Shown here piece after piece: positions 1-11,814 of a stretch of DNA of 64,000 bases; position 1 is the first letter of the stretch; each line of letters begins with the position of its first letter. The DNA is taken from contig OZ024744.1 in assembly GCA_964016885.1 (NCBI GenBank), forward strand, positions 76,322,001 through 76,386,000. The letters run 5' to 3'. This DNA comes from Eledone cirrhosa (taxonomy: Eukaryota). Below the pieces are notes generated by a model. The model saw nothing but the letters and a program-made list of their open reading frames with translations. It was not told where the DNA came from and ran no database searches. Both the position numbers and the translations under genes were made by a program.

Positions 1-1729
1 GTCCCTCTTGTACGTATTGACTCTCGAGCCATTACTGCACAAACTGGAGACGTTGAGGGGAGTCCCGCGCGAACTAGGATGCGGAAGATCCGTGTCAGCA
101 TATGCGGACGATGTCACCGTAGTGGTGTCGAACGCCAAACACATCGAGGCGATCGGCACTACAATAAGAGAATACGAAGCGGTGACAGGAGCAATGATCA
201 ACCAGGAAAAGTCAGTGGGCCTGCAGCTCGGCACCTGGAGAGGCAGGTCCATGCCGTCCAACAGCGTCGTCGGGCGCTGGACGGACGGACCGGTTAAATT
301 ACTAGGGGTCTGGTTCGGTCCGGACCTCCAGACGGACAAAAACTGGGACGAGGTGACGAGCAGGGTGGCTTCTCTCACCCAGAAATGGGCGGAGAGGAAG
401 CTATCCCTGAAAGGTCGAGCGGAGGTGGCTAACGCGTACATCGCGTCTGTCATCTGCTACCGCCTAACCGTCGTACCTTGTCCTAAGCCTCGCCTGACTG
501 CGCTGGAGCGTTTGCTCTTTCGCTTTTTGTGGAAGGGACGTGCTCCGATGGTCAGGCGGTCCATCTGTTGTCAACACCCGCTACGTGGAGGGCTGGGCAT
601 GCCGTGGCTGATGATGCGCAGGCACGCGCTCAGGCTACGACATCTCCACCTCTTCCTCGACGGTGATCAGGTGTGGTCGCCGTTTGCTAGACGCGTTTTT
701 CCCCAGCTCGTTTCCTTGACGGAGCTGCAGTCCTGGGTCAAGCGAAGACCGAGAGGGAGCGCCTGGAGACTGGAATGTCTTCAGGCGCTCACAGCCCTCG
801 ACCAATCGGGCAATGTGATCGGTGGAAACTCCACCTCGGCGTTCTATAGAGGATTAGTGGAGGGGAAGAGCGACGACGTACTTGGGGAAACTCTAGGCGT
901 CGACGAAAATCAACTAGCCAATCTCTTCGGAAGAACTTTCGGGCCAGGGCCTATGGACAACTTCCAGAAATCTCTGGCCTGGCAGTGCTACCGAGGAGCC
1001 TTGCCAGTTCGGGATAAACTCTACAGGCATGGAGGTGCCGTCAGCCGGGCATGTCCGAGATGCGCGCAGGGCGACGAAACCGTCCTGCACGCACTCGTCC
1101 AGTGTCCGAAAATTGCTGACTTGTGGGTTTATGTCGAACACCTGCTGTCGCGTTTAGGACGGACCCAGCTATCATCTGAGTCTATCGTGAGGATTGCCCC
1201 GCCCTCCTCCTTTAGCCGGGAAGGGCAGGCAGTTTTTATCTGTCTGGTGGCCATGGCGAAAGAGATAGTATGGTGGACACGTTTGAAAGGGCTGAAGACG
1301 AGCACTTACCTCTTCGGTGATGCTCTGATTGACTTTTTCAAATTTCATTTGAAAAGGAAAATCAGAGTAGAGAAGGAAGTGCTCTCTTCCCAGCATTTTG
1401 TTGAAAGATGGGTGAGAGAAGCAAGAATGGCCCGAGTGAATGGGCCGACTCTGAGTATATATCTGTAAACTAAAGGTGGAAAACTGGGAGAGGGCACTTG
1501 CCTTGGTGGTCAGGGTCATTGTGGCTTTTTACTGGGCTTTCTCCACAAATGTCCCTCCGAAGTCTCCCCCCTATTGGGGAATTTTTCATTGTTATTTTCA
1601 TTGTTATTTTTGTTACATCCTCTATTTTTGTTTTTTTTACACGCAGAAATGCCCATTTGTACCGTCCTGCATTGTCCTGCACTGTCCTTAATGTCTACTT
1701 TATGTAAACCCTTGTGGTTAATAAAGAAA

Positions 1730-1805
<76 letters not shown>
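1..1805 (+). mobile_element. L1/Tx1-clade LINE, lineage A, 3' portion (runs off window start), with (TTA)n tail
   Basis: RT motif YADD, zf CPRC..ETVLHALVQC, 3'UTR AATAAA then (TTA)n. Near-identical by eye to 48834-50620. Confidence 0.95.
8..1468 (+). CDS. Tx1 ORF2 C-terminal part (RT end + zinc-binding domain), partial
   Basis: 486-aa open frame: SAYADDV, KLLGVWFG, GGLGMP, CPRC-x8-H-x4-C. Confidence 0.93.
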   Translation: MYVLTLEPLLHKLETLRGVPRELGCGRSVSAYADDVTVVVSNAKHIEAIGTTIREYEAVTGAMINQEKSVGLQLGTWRGRSMPSNSVVGRWTDGPVKLLGVWFGPDLQTDKNWDEVTSRVASLTQKWAERKLSLKGRAEVANAYIASVICYRLTVVPCPKPRLTALERLLFRFLWKGRAPMVRRSICCQHPLRGGLGMPWLMMRRHALRLRHLHLFLDGDQVWSPFARRVFPQLVSLTELQSWVKRRPRGSAWRLECLQALTALDQSGNVIGGNSTSAFYRGLVEGKSDDVLGETLGVDENQLANLFGRTFGPGPMDNFQKSLAWQCYRGALPVRDKLYRHGGAVSRACPRCAQGDETVLHALVQCPKIADLWVYVEHLLSRLGRTQLSSESIVRIAPPSSFSREGQAVFICLVAMAKEIVWWTRLKGLKTSTYLFGDALIDFFKFHLKRKIRVEKEVLSSQHFVERWVREARMARVNGPTLSIYL

Positions 1806-1807
1806 GT

Positions 1808-1850
<43 letters not shown>

Positions 1851-2051
1851 GGAGAGCGAGAGAGTGAGAGAGTACGGAAGAAATGATTGAGAGGGTGATT
1901 CAAAGAGAAAGTGAGAGAGAAAAAGATTATTTATTGTTTTAAATATTTCGTAACGCGTATTGTAGTCGTAGAGGTGCTATAAGGACATGCGGAGTATCAC
2001 AAGCGTTTTTTATACCTGGCAGAGCCGATTCCTTTTCCAGGTTGTATAGAA

Positions 2052-2216
2052 CAGCGGTTGCCAACCAGTGACCTGCGAGAACATTTTGGTGGTCCGCAGA
2101 AAAATTTGAATTTATTTATCTTATTAAAAAAATTCATATTAGTTGTCCACGGGATTTAAAATTATGATTTTAGTGGTCCGTGAGGTCCGTGAGGTCTGAA
2201 AGGTTGGTGACCGTTG
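2052..2216. mobile_element. hAT-type MITE
   Basis: Imperfect TIRs CAGCGGTTGCCAACC / GGTTGGTGACCGTTG. Flanks gtatagaa / ttatagat resemble a degenerate 8-bp TSD. Confidence 0.65.
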
Positions 2217-2358
2217 TTATAGATAACTTACGATTAAATTATTTAATGTGTCCGCATTTCAAAAGTGACATGATGTCATATACGATGGAAATAAATCTAA
2301 CTTCTATTTCTAGCCGGCTGATCATCTACGTTGACGCTCTAACATTGGGATCTTAGTA

Positions 2359-2666
2359 CGGTTGTCCGCCGGTATTCGCGGTATTTATGCTCCTTGAGTA
2401 CCTGCTAAGAGCGAAAAAACGCGAATATTGGATGTGGTCCTTAAAAATGCCTATAAACGTCAAATCTTAACATAGAATATAGGACGGCAAATACGGTATA
2501 TTGTTATTAATAATTTAAAGTTAAAAAGCGTGAAAAAATATATATTGTCACAAAAAAAAGCCATACAAAATTCGCGGAAGATATTTACGATTCCGCGAAT
2601 ATGCGGTGGTTTATACCTAAGGGAAAATCCGCGAATAACTGGGGCCCAAAATGCCGGGGGTACACT
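2359..2666. mobile_element. Tc1/mariner-pogo (Tigger-like) MITE
   Basis: TA-flanked, degenerate TIRs with internal TATTCGCGG/CCGCGAATA motifs. Confidence 0.55.
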
Positions 2667-2982
2667 GTATATGCGTGAACATGTTGAGGAGATTATCATA
2701 AAAATGTTGCATTTTTATGATATTTCGGTTTCTTGTGATTTATGGATGCACATTAGGGTGTACTTTGAAAAGGAACAAATCGTGTTCTTTGAATAGACAT
2801 TAAGTGGAAATATAAATTTTTGGTAAGAATTTCGTTTTTTGGGGGGGTTTCGGATTCCGGAGACTAGAGATTTAGTTTATCCTCTGGGAACAACTAGCCT
2901 GTTTCTTTGTATAGTACATATTTACTAAACATTTGCAATAAAAAAAAAACAACTTTATATGTATGTTAAATATATATATATA

Positions 2983-3405
2983 TATATATTGGTAAACGGA
3001 ATAGAAAATGCTGACAAATTGTTCACAGTTGAAAAATGGTTTAATTAGGAATAAAAGAGTATTAGTGATTGTATGGGTTAGTATTCAGTTGTGGTTTTAA
3101 GTTTTTAAGTTTTTACCGGTTGCGCATTTCTAAATGCTTTTCAAAAATAATTTTGAGATAGAGTGTCCGTGCTGTTTGCTAGCACGGACACTCTATCTCA
3201 AAATTATTTTTGAAAAGCATTTAGAAATGCGCAACCGGTAAAAACTTAAAAACTTAAAACCACAACTGAATACTAACCCATACAATCACTAATACTCTTT
3301 TATTCCTAATTAAACCATTTTTCAACTGTGAACAATTTGTCAGCATTTTCTATTCCGTTTACCAATATATAATAACTTGTGTGTTACACTTCTATTCTTT
3401 TAACT
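2983..3405. mobile_element. Palindromic non-autonomous Penelope-like derivative in (TA)n
   Basis: Apparently perfect ~190-bp arms (2983-3173 / 3181-3371), 7-nt loop, ~34-nt one-sided tail. Hammerhead-like motif at 3210-3244. Confidence 0.75.
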
Positions 3406-4007
3406 ATATATATATATATATATATATATAGTTTTGCGAGGTTTTTTATATGAAATCGTGTGTCGAAACAGATATTGTTATACTTGGGGAGGGTCATATT
3501 TGCGTAATATTGCCAGAATTAATAACAGAACACACTGTTTGGTTGGTTTTCGCTTCTCGCTGTCTTTTATTATATCTGCGATCTAACTTACTCGGTCCTC
3601 AATGTTGCCATTGACTGACCGGCGGTCAAAAATAATACAGATACAATATAGACACAAACACATATATATATATATAGTTTACATAATTTACATAAATCTT
3701 TCGTTACACATCTGCAACATCGTCAGTGGTGTTATATTCATTGTTCCTCCTGTTGTGTTGTATGTCTACGCCATTTTTTATTCAGTCTGTCTATATATTT
3801 ATTTATTTATTTGCTTGTTTTTTTATCTTATTTTATTTTGTCTTCTTTGTGCATGCGTTTGCGTGTGTGTATAGTGTTATGTGTGATGTGTGACTAGTGT
3901 GTATAGTGTTGTGTCTGCTGGGTGACTAGTGTGTGTTTATGTGCTTGTTGTTATTGTGCTTGTGTATGTATTTATTTATCTTATTTTATTTAATTTTATT
4001 TACTTAT

Positions 4008-5107
4008 TTATACTTCTCTTAGGTCAGTGTTGCTTGTTTGGGTGTTGTTGTTGTTCCACTCATTCTTTCTGTTTAGCTTTGGTCTTCTAATTTCTATTTC
4101 ACTGGCCTCTCTGATTTGCCTATCTGCTGGGTCATTCCTATGTTTAGATATTATTCTAATTTCTATGTTGTCTATGTTACCGTCATGTTGTTGTCTAGCA
4201 TGTTCGTATAGTACTGACCCGTTTTTTCGTCCTTTTAGTTCCCCCCAGTGTTGGTCTATCCTTTCACCTATGCTACGAGCTGTCTCACCTATGTATGTTG
4301 TTGTCATGTTTCTGCAAGTACCCTCTGTACATCTTATGCTATAGACTACGTTTCTAGTTTTACAGTTTATCCGGGGGTTCACCTTACATATGATACACTT
4401 CCTATTGGTACAGTGGGTTTTCTTAAAAGGGTAGGTTTTGCTGATCAGGGATTTTATGGTGGTTCCTGGCTTTTCTACCACCTTTATTTTTAAGTGGGTC
4501 TTTCTCAGGGCCTTTCTACACTGGTTAGCTAATTTCCCTCCAGGGGTGGCGTCCACAAACATGACACTCTGATATCTCTGGTTGTCGTACCATGATGTGG
4601 CCTTCCCTATCTTATGTCTAGCCCTATCTAAGCTATTCCATGATTTGCTCCTGTATAGTGGGCAGATTCCTTTCATGTCCAGTTCTATGAGGGTCTTATA
4701 CTTTTCCATGGCTCCTTCGTATACTCTGACTCTGTCTCTTTGGTTGTAGCCAGAGAACTGCATGCGGTTGATGAAGTGTTGGATGTGTCCTTCCATTTCT
4801 GTTGGGTCGCACATGCTGGACACATTCTTCATCACTCGTACCAAATCTGCGGTCAGAATATTAAACTTAGCACTACTGGACATTGCTGAGTTTTTGAGTA
4901 TCAGGTATTTGGAGGCCATGGGTTTAGCATAGTGTGAGTGGAGAATTTGGGCTCTCTCGTCTATAGTGTTAATCCAGAGTTCTGTGTCTAATACAGGTAG
5001 TCTATTGTTAGGGTGTTTGGAAGGGAAGTCTATAGTTACAGTTATACTCTGGTGTATGGAGTTAGCTATCTGTTGGATGCTTTCCATCGTGCTACGTTCT
5101 AATTGAT
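4008..5107 (-). CDS. PLE polyprotein fragment: RT thumb region, Cys linker, GIY-YIG endonuclease
   Basis: DFPSKHPNNRLPVLD, YAKPMAS, MQFSGY, FVDATPGG, CxxxxCxxC..C, NVVYSIRC..TYIGETARS..ER..QH, REA..I..P.LN. Confidence 0.92.
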
Positions 5108-5700
5108 TTAGAACGTAGCACGAAACATGACAACAACATACATAGGTGAGACAGCTCGTAGCATAGGTGAAAGGATAGACCAACACTGGGGGGAACTAAA
5201 AGGACGAAAAAATGGGTCAGTACTATACGAACATGCTAGACAACAACATGACGGTAACATAGACAACATAGAAATTAGAATAATATCTAAACATAGGAAT
5301 GACCCAGCAGATAGGCAAATCAGAGAGGCCAGTGAAATAGAAATTAGAAGACCAAAGCTAAACAGAAAGAATGAGTGGAACAACAACAACACCCAAACAA
5401 GCAACACTGACCTAAGAGAAGTATAAATAAGTAAATAAAATTAAATAAAATAAGATAAATAAATACATACACAAGCACAATAACAACAAGCACATAAACA
5501 CACACTAGTCACCCAGCAGACACAACACTATACACACTAGTCACACATCACACATAACACTATACACACACGCAAACGCATGCGCAAAGAAGACAAAATA
5601 AAATAAGATAAACAAACAAGCAAATAAATAAATAAATATATAGACAGACTGAATAAAAAATGGCGTAGACATACAACACAACAGGAGGAACAATGAATAT

Positions 5701-5745
5701 AACACCACTGACGATGTTGCAGATGTGCAACGAAAGATTTATGTA
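5701..5745 (+). ncRNA. Minimal type I hammerhead-like motif in PLE pLTR (mirror copy ~3695-3730, minus)
   Basis: CUGACGA-U-GUUGCA-gaug-UGCAAC-GAAA. Stem I is weak. Confidence 0.6.
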
Positions 5746-5981
5746 AATTATGTAAACTATATATATATATATGTGTTTGTGTCTATATTGTATCTGCATT
5801 ATTTTTGACCGCCGGTCAGTCAATGGCAACATTGAGGACCGAGTAAGTTAGATCGCAGATATAATAAAAGACAGCGAGAAGCGAAAACCAACCAAACAGT
5901 GAGTGTGTTCTGTTATTAATTCTGGCAATATTACGCAAATATGACCCTCCCCAAGTATAACAATATATATATATATATATA

Positions 5982-6064
<83 letters not shown>

Positions 6065-6372
6065 CATTGTCTGGGCATATTGATATATTTGTCAACGAAA
6101 TATATATATACGCACACACGCACACACATACATATATGTACACCCACATACATCCCATTTATATATATACACATATATACACATATATGCACACATATAT
6201 ATACACACACATATATATAAATGGGATATATGTGGGTGTTTCTCCGTATGAGCACGTGTGTGAGTTGTGAGTATGACTATACGAGTATGTATGGACCTGC
6301 TATTTTTATCTAAAGACATTTTTTCCACTTCCATCCCGCCCGTCTCCTCAATCTATCTTATTTCTCATTCTT

Positions 6373-6408
6373 TCTTCTGATGAAGGACTAGCGTCCGAAA
6401 CGTTAAGA
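6373..6408 (+). ncRNA. Minimal type I hammerhead ribozyme
   Basis: UCUU-CUGAUGA-A-GGAC-uagc-GUCC-GAAA-CG-UU-AAGA, with palindromic AACGUU stem III typical of PLE hammerheads. Confidence 0.75.
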
Positions 6409-6495
6409 CCCTCTTCCTGCTATATCAAGCGTTAACCTAATATATACCTTCCATACACTGTACCGATTGTGTTGTTATTTCTGTTTACCTTTTAA

Positions 6496-6741
<246 letters not shown>

Positions 6742-6742
6742 A

Positions 6743-7535
6743 AAAATGGAGTGCTGCGTGGTTGCACATGGGTTACATATGAATAAAATTAGTCCTTCAT
6801 CAGTGATCTTCCAACCTTCATTGGTATTTCTTCGCTTTAAAGATCATACACCTCTGGTTGGTGCAAGCAATAACCAAATAATGTTATTGGGACAAGTAAA
6901 ATAGAGATGAAGCGAGCGAGACAAGTAAACAAACAAAGATGGTATCGCAACGGAAAGATAGGAAGAGACAAGTACATGATATCAATAAGCTTAAGCTTGG
7001 TGAAATCGTGGACGAGAGATATAGACCATCCGACCTGGGTGAGATGTGAGCGAGAAAAGGATTTCACACAGGTCAAACGGGAGGAAGTGAGAGAGGGTGA
7101 GAAGCAGAGGGTGAGTGAGTGGAAGTGTGAGGAAGAGGCCAGCTGAGAGAGAGTGTGACTGGCAGAGGGGGTAAAAAGAAGGTGAGAGATACAGAGAGAG
7201 GGGAAGCAGTAAGAAAGAAACAGACAGGTCGCAGCTGGGGAAAAATATATAAATATAAAAAAAATGGAGTGCTGCGTGGTTGCACATGGGTTACATATGA
7301 ATAAAATTAGTCCTTCATCAGTGATCTTCCAACCTTCATTGGTATTTCATCGCTTTAAAAATCATATACCTCTGGTTGGTGCGAGCAATAACCAAGTAAA
7401 GTTATTGGGACAAGTAAAATAGAGTGAAGCGAATGGGACAAGTAAACAAACAAAGATGGTATTGCAACGGAAAGATATGAAGAGACAAGTACATGATATC
7501 TATAAGTTTAAGCTTGGTGAAATCATGGACATATA
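6743..7535. repeat. ~280-bp direct repeat pair (6743-7025, 7261-7535), probable PLE pLTR remnant
   Basis: Shared ATGGAGTGCTGCGTGG...GCTTGGTGAAATC. The minus strand has a partial core CUGAUGAAGGAC. Confidence 0.7.
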
Positions 7536-7718
7536 TAAGAAAAAGTTTAACCCCGACGGCAGAGCTCAAGCTGCTTCTAAGTCCAGAAATAGCCGTCGAA
7601 AAGGCTTGAACTATGCCGTCGGGGGTTAAACTTTTTCCTATTACCCACTCTACTACCCTAAGTGTTGAGTACTCTGGTGCGTTATGGTCCATCTGGTTCC
7701 TTACCACACCTCCTTCGT

Positions 7719-7770
<52 letters not shown>

Positions 7771-7771
<1 letters not shown>

Positions 7772-8734
7772 GTTATAACAATGAAATAAAAAATCAAGTC
7801 ATTAGAGATATACTTCACTGCTTTACGATCGTTTCTAGGTGATGATAATACATCGTAACTATACTTCGTTATCGATCTATATAAGGTTAGTTACAAACTA
7901 TGTCAAATTGATAGTTGAATGTATCTGGTATAGTGAAATTTAAAAGGTATGTAAAAATTAAATGTTGAGTTGTGTTGTATGGAGTTTTTAGGTGAATATA
8001 AATTAAGGTCATGGCTAGGAAAGATAGTATATTAAAAGAAGAAAATTATAATAAGATAATGAAATACAGTAATACAATAATATAATGTAACACAATATAG
8101 TACGGTGTGGTAAATTGTACTTAGTGTAATACAGCGTATAATACGCCTTAAAATACTTTAAAGTATGTCTATGTATAGATAATCAAACTCAGATAAATGC
8201 ATGTTAACATAGTCAAAACGCATAAATTTCATAGATCACAAAGTGCATATACCCACATTAGAGATAGAGGTATAGTTATATTGATACTCAACTAAAAATA
8301 TACATACACATAAATAGATGCAAACATATACATACATCTACACATGTGCACACAATCATATACACCTATATTTATACATATATATATCTACATATACATA
8401 TACACACCTATACACACACATATATATATATATGTATGCACACTCACACATACATGTACACATACACACATATAAACACTCATACACATATACTCGCATA
8501 TACACACACACAAACACACACACACACACACACAGATATATATAAATATATATATGAGACTCTAACCGTGAAGGTTGCATTTTTCAGGGTATGTCAATAT
8601 TTATTTATAAAAACTCATCTATATTATATTTTCTTTGATGAAAGCGCACCATAATCTGCCTTGGTGGCCCTTGAAATATATATAATGAAATAAATATGGT
8701 TTTATAAATATAGTTTCCATTTGTTAATATATTG

Positions 8735-8765
<31 letters not shown>

Positions 8766-9039
8766 AGATAGAAAAAAGATGAAATCGAAAATGCAACTGG
8801 TTCCTTTACCGAAACTTCGCAGTTCTTGTGCTTTTCAAAAGTAGAATTGAGATGGAGGGTCTGTGGAAAAACTTTTGAAAAGCAGAAGAACTGCGAAACC
8901 GGTAAGGGAACCAAATATATATATATATATTTTTTTTAATAAGACTCCAGTTGCATTTTCGATTTCATCTTTTTTCCTTTATACTTTCACTCATGTAGGA
9001 CACCTCGGTTATTTTTCATTTTGTGAAAAAAAACCTCAC

Positions 9040-9095
<56 letters not shown>

Positions 9096-9470
9096 CCATA
9101 TCATACATAAATAGATACATATTTTCTCATGCAATTACGGGTGGTTGTGTACCTTGTTGCCCTTATTCATTAACGCATAAATATAAGGAAGCTAAAACAT
9201 TAAAAGGTAAGAAATAAGCATGAATGCTAGAAGTATAGAACTAAATATAATGCTAATTTACTACTAATTTTGAATAAAATTATTATTGCTTTTGACAACA
9301 GTTGGTGATATGCATGTAAGTAAATATTCTCCTTATCTGATAGTTTGTAACTAACCTTACATAGAACGATAACGAAGTATATTTACGATGTATTATCATC
9401 ACCTAGAAACGATCGTAAAGCAGTGAAGTATATCTCTAATGACTTGATTTTTTATTTCATTGTTTTAACT
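7771..9470. mobile_element. PLE-derived element with ~130-bp inverted terminal arms, containing nested insertions
   Basis: 7771-7900 is the reverse complement of ~9340-9470. The arm carries CUGAUAG...GAAACGAUCGUA. A related copy lies at 35085-35170. Confidence 0.65.
8770..9045. mobile_element. Small fold-back element with a U3-A8 variant hammerhead (8872-8907, +) in (TA)n
   Basis: Arms 8770-8842 / 8871-8975. UUGAAAA-GCAG-aagaa-CUGC-GAAA-CCGG-UA. Confidence 0.65.
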
Positions 9471-9622
9471 TATATCATGACTCTGTTTTCCTTTTAATGT
9501 TTTATTGTTTTCCGGGATTTATTTTAACCTACAACATTTTCAACATATGGATTACATTGAGTTCTTCATGCAGACTAGACCCCACAACTTACCGTGGATA
9601 TCTCTGTGTATATGTATATAAA

Positions 9623-9726
<104 letters not shown>

Positions 9727-9731
9727 CATAT

Positions 9732-9786
<55 letters not shown>

Positions 9787-9820
9787 ACTATTAGCTTCTC
9801 GCTAAAACAATCTCTATACC

Positions 9821-9870
<50 letters not shown>

Positions 9871-9889
9871 TGTATATGTATATATATAT

Positions 9890-9948
<59 letters not shown>

Positions 9949-9951
<3 letters not shown>

Positions 9952-10366
9952 TTGCCTTGTTTTTGATATGAAATCGTGTGTCGAAACAAATATTGTTATA
10001 CATGGGGAGGGTCATATTGTTGTAATAATATTGCCAGAATTAATAACAGAACACACTCACTGTTTGGTTGGTTTTCACTTCTGTATCTTTTAAATCAGTT
10101 AATTTATTCGGTCCTCAAGATTAAATATAATAGCACCACTGACGATGTTGCAGATGTGCAACGAAAGAACTTTGTTAGACTATATATATGTGTTTGTGTC
10201 TATATTATATCTGTAATTTTGACCGTTGGTCAGTCAATGGTAAGCATTGAGGACCGAATATATTAACTGATATAAAAGATACAGAAGCGAAAACCAACAA
10301 AGTGTGACTGTGTTCTGTTATTAATTCTGGCAATATTATTACAACAATATGACCCTCCCCAAGTAT

Positions 10367-10372
<6 letters not shown>
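9949..10372. mobile_element. Short fold-back copy of the same PLE family as 3431-5966
   Basis: Same tail (gaaatcgtgtgtcgaaac) and same pLTR end (gaccctccccaagtataac). Arms ~9990-10119 / 10246-10372, hammerhead core at 10139-10166, (TA)n flanks. Confidence 0.88.
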
Positions 10373-10408
<36 letters not shown>

Positions 10409-10799
10409 GATTATAATGAATAAAAGAGAGTGAAGAATATTATTGAAATTTACCACTGAGTTGGAGAAAGAAAACTACTTACTAGCGACACTTAAAGAAG
10501 GACGAAACTCATTTAATATAAAATTGAAATGTTATGCTTAGACGGAAAAAAAAAAATTCATTTTGCTTTGAAGTCAAGCTAGCAATTAAAGACAAAGATT
10601 ATTTGGGACGCATGTTTTTTTATATATTCATAAAAGTGTTCCTCGATAGATAACTGATGTATGATTTTTTTTTTTTAGGGGCGTCAAGCTAATATTCACG
10701 GACATGATTCAGTTGCGAAGACCTCATTAGCAAGGATTCTTCTATTCAAACTTGCTTTAATATGTGGATAAGTAGGTCATAAAGCATAACTTGGATAAT

Positions 10800-11235
10800 G
10801 CAGGCTTCCCCTCCCTTCTCGAGCTGGTGGGCCTGGGCCGGAGGGACGGTAAAAGGCCAGACGGCATGAATATCTTCCCGTTCCACGGTGGTAAACCCCT
10901 CATCTAGGATGTCACATGCAGCGATACATTCTCCAAGGGCAACCTGGTGCAGTATGTGTCAAATTCAGGCTCTGTTGCACTTCTGGATGAGAATGGTAAA
11001 CTTTCCAAATATCGGTCACTCTCCGACAGATTTGCGGTCGAGCCCGTATCAGTGGCGACTTCTGGCGTCATTGGCCCTACACACCTCCCTACACACCTCC
11101 ATTGGCAAAGAGCTGGCTGCCCGCAGATGTGAGCTCGAGAGTTGGAATGGTTCTTCCAGCGCGTCTCCTTCTCCATCCTCCGGAGAAGAAACTTCTCTAC
11201 CTGTCCGTCGGGGCTGCGGGGCAGCTAGGGCATGG
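10800..11235 (+). pseudogene. Degenerate RLE-endonuclease domain of a CRE-like non-LTR retrotransposon
   Basis: Translation GLGRRDGKRPDGMNIFPFHGGKPLI*DVTCSDTFS ... KLSKYRSLSDRFAVEPVSVATSGVIGP ... WFFQRVSFSILRRN, with stops and frameshifts. Confidence 0.8.
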
Positions 11236-11255
11236 GCTCTCATTTGCTCATAATA

Positions 11256-11443
11256 ATGTTTCTACTTTAGGCACAAGGCCAGCAATTACCCAGTACATTA
11301 CTGGTACTTTATTTTATCGACCCCGTAAGGATGAAAGGCAAAGTTAACCTCGGCGGGATTTGAACTCAGACTGTAAAGGGACGTAACTTAGCTAGAAAGC
11401 ATGGCGTCCAACCCTCTACCGATACTGCCAATTCACCGCCCTC
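11256..11443 (-). mobile_element. tRNA-derived SINE (Meta-domain type) with TSD catttgctcataataatg
   Basis: A box TGGCAGTATCGG, B box GAGTTCAAATCC, core GCCTTTCATCCTTACGGGGTCGATAAAATAAAGTACCAG. Confidence 0.9.
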
Positions 11444-11814
11444 CATTTGCTCATAATAATGAGAGATAGTGTGAGCGGGAGGGACGGATGCAGTGACAGT
11501 GGGAGTTTGGTTCCTTTATGTTCGGACCTGGTGTATATGTATATGCTTCCCAACACAAACTCACACTGAGGCTGTGTAACTACTCAATCCAAAACACAGA
11601 AGGCAAGTAGTAAAATCAGTTAACATGAGGTAAAAGTGTTACAAAGATTATTTGGGGGTATGTTTTAGATATTCATAAAAGTGTGCTACGATAAATAACT
11701 CAAATATTATTTTTTTCAGACAAGGCAAGCTAGCAGTGATGGACATGTTTCAGATTTATGGACCTCATTAGTGACGCATATTCTAGTTCAACCCTGCTTT
11801 AATCTGTGGATAAA

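Larger units (their letters stand above)
3431..5966 (-). mobile_element. Penelope-like element (Naiad-like), 5'-truncated, with inverted second copy (fold-back pLTR structure) in (TA)n
   Basis: RT C-terminus + GIY-YIG ORF on the minus strand. About 840-bp inverted arms 3472-4312 / 5122-5966, a 41-nt tail at 3431-3471, and (TA)n on both flanks. Confidence 0.93.

Noticed and set aside
5108-5186. N-terminus (MLVYPFTY...) of the 392-aa ORF
   Set aside because: It is antisense read-through of the inverted arm and hairpin. PLE homology begins at ~5107.
5426-5710. SECIS/selenoprotein feature reported for some Naiad elements
   Set aside because: There is no in-frame TGA in the retained ORF and no convincing AUGA..AA..GA stem by eye. 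SECISearch would be decisive.
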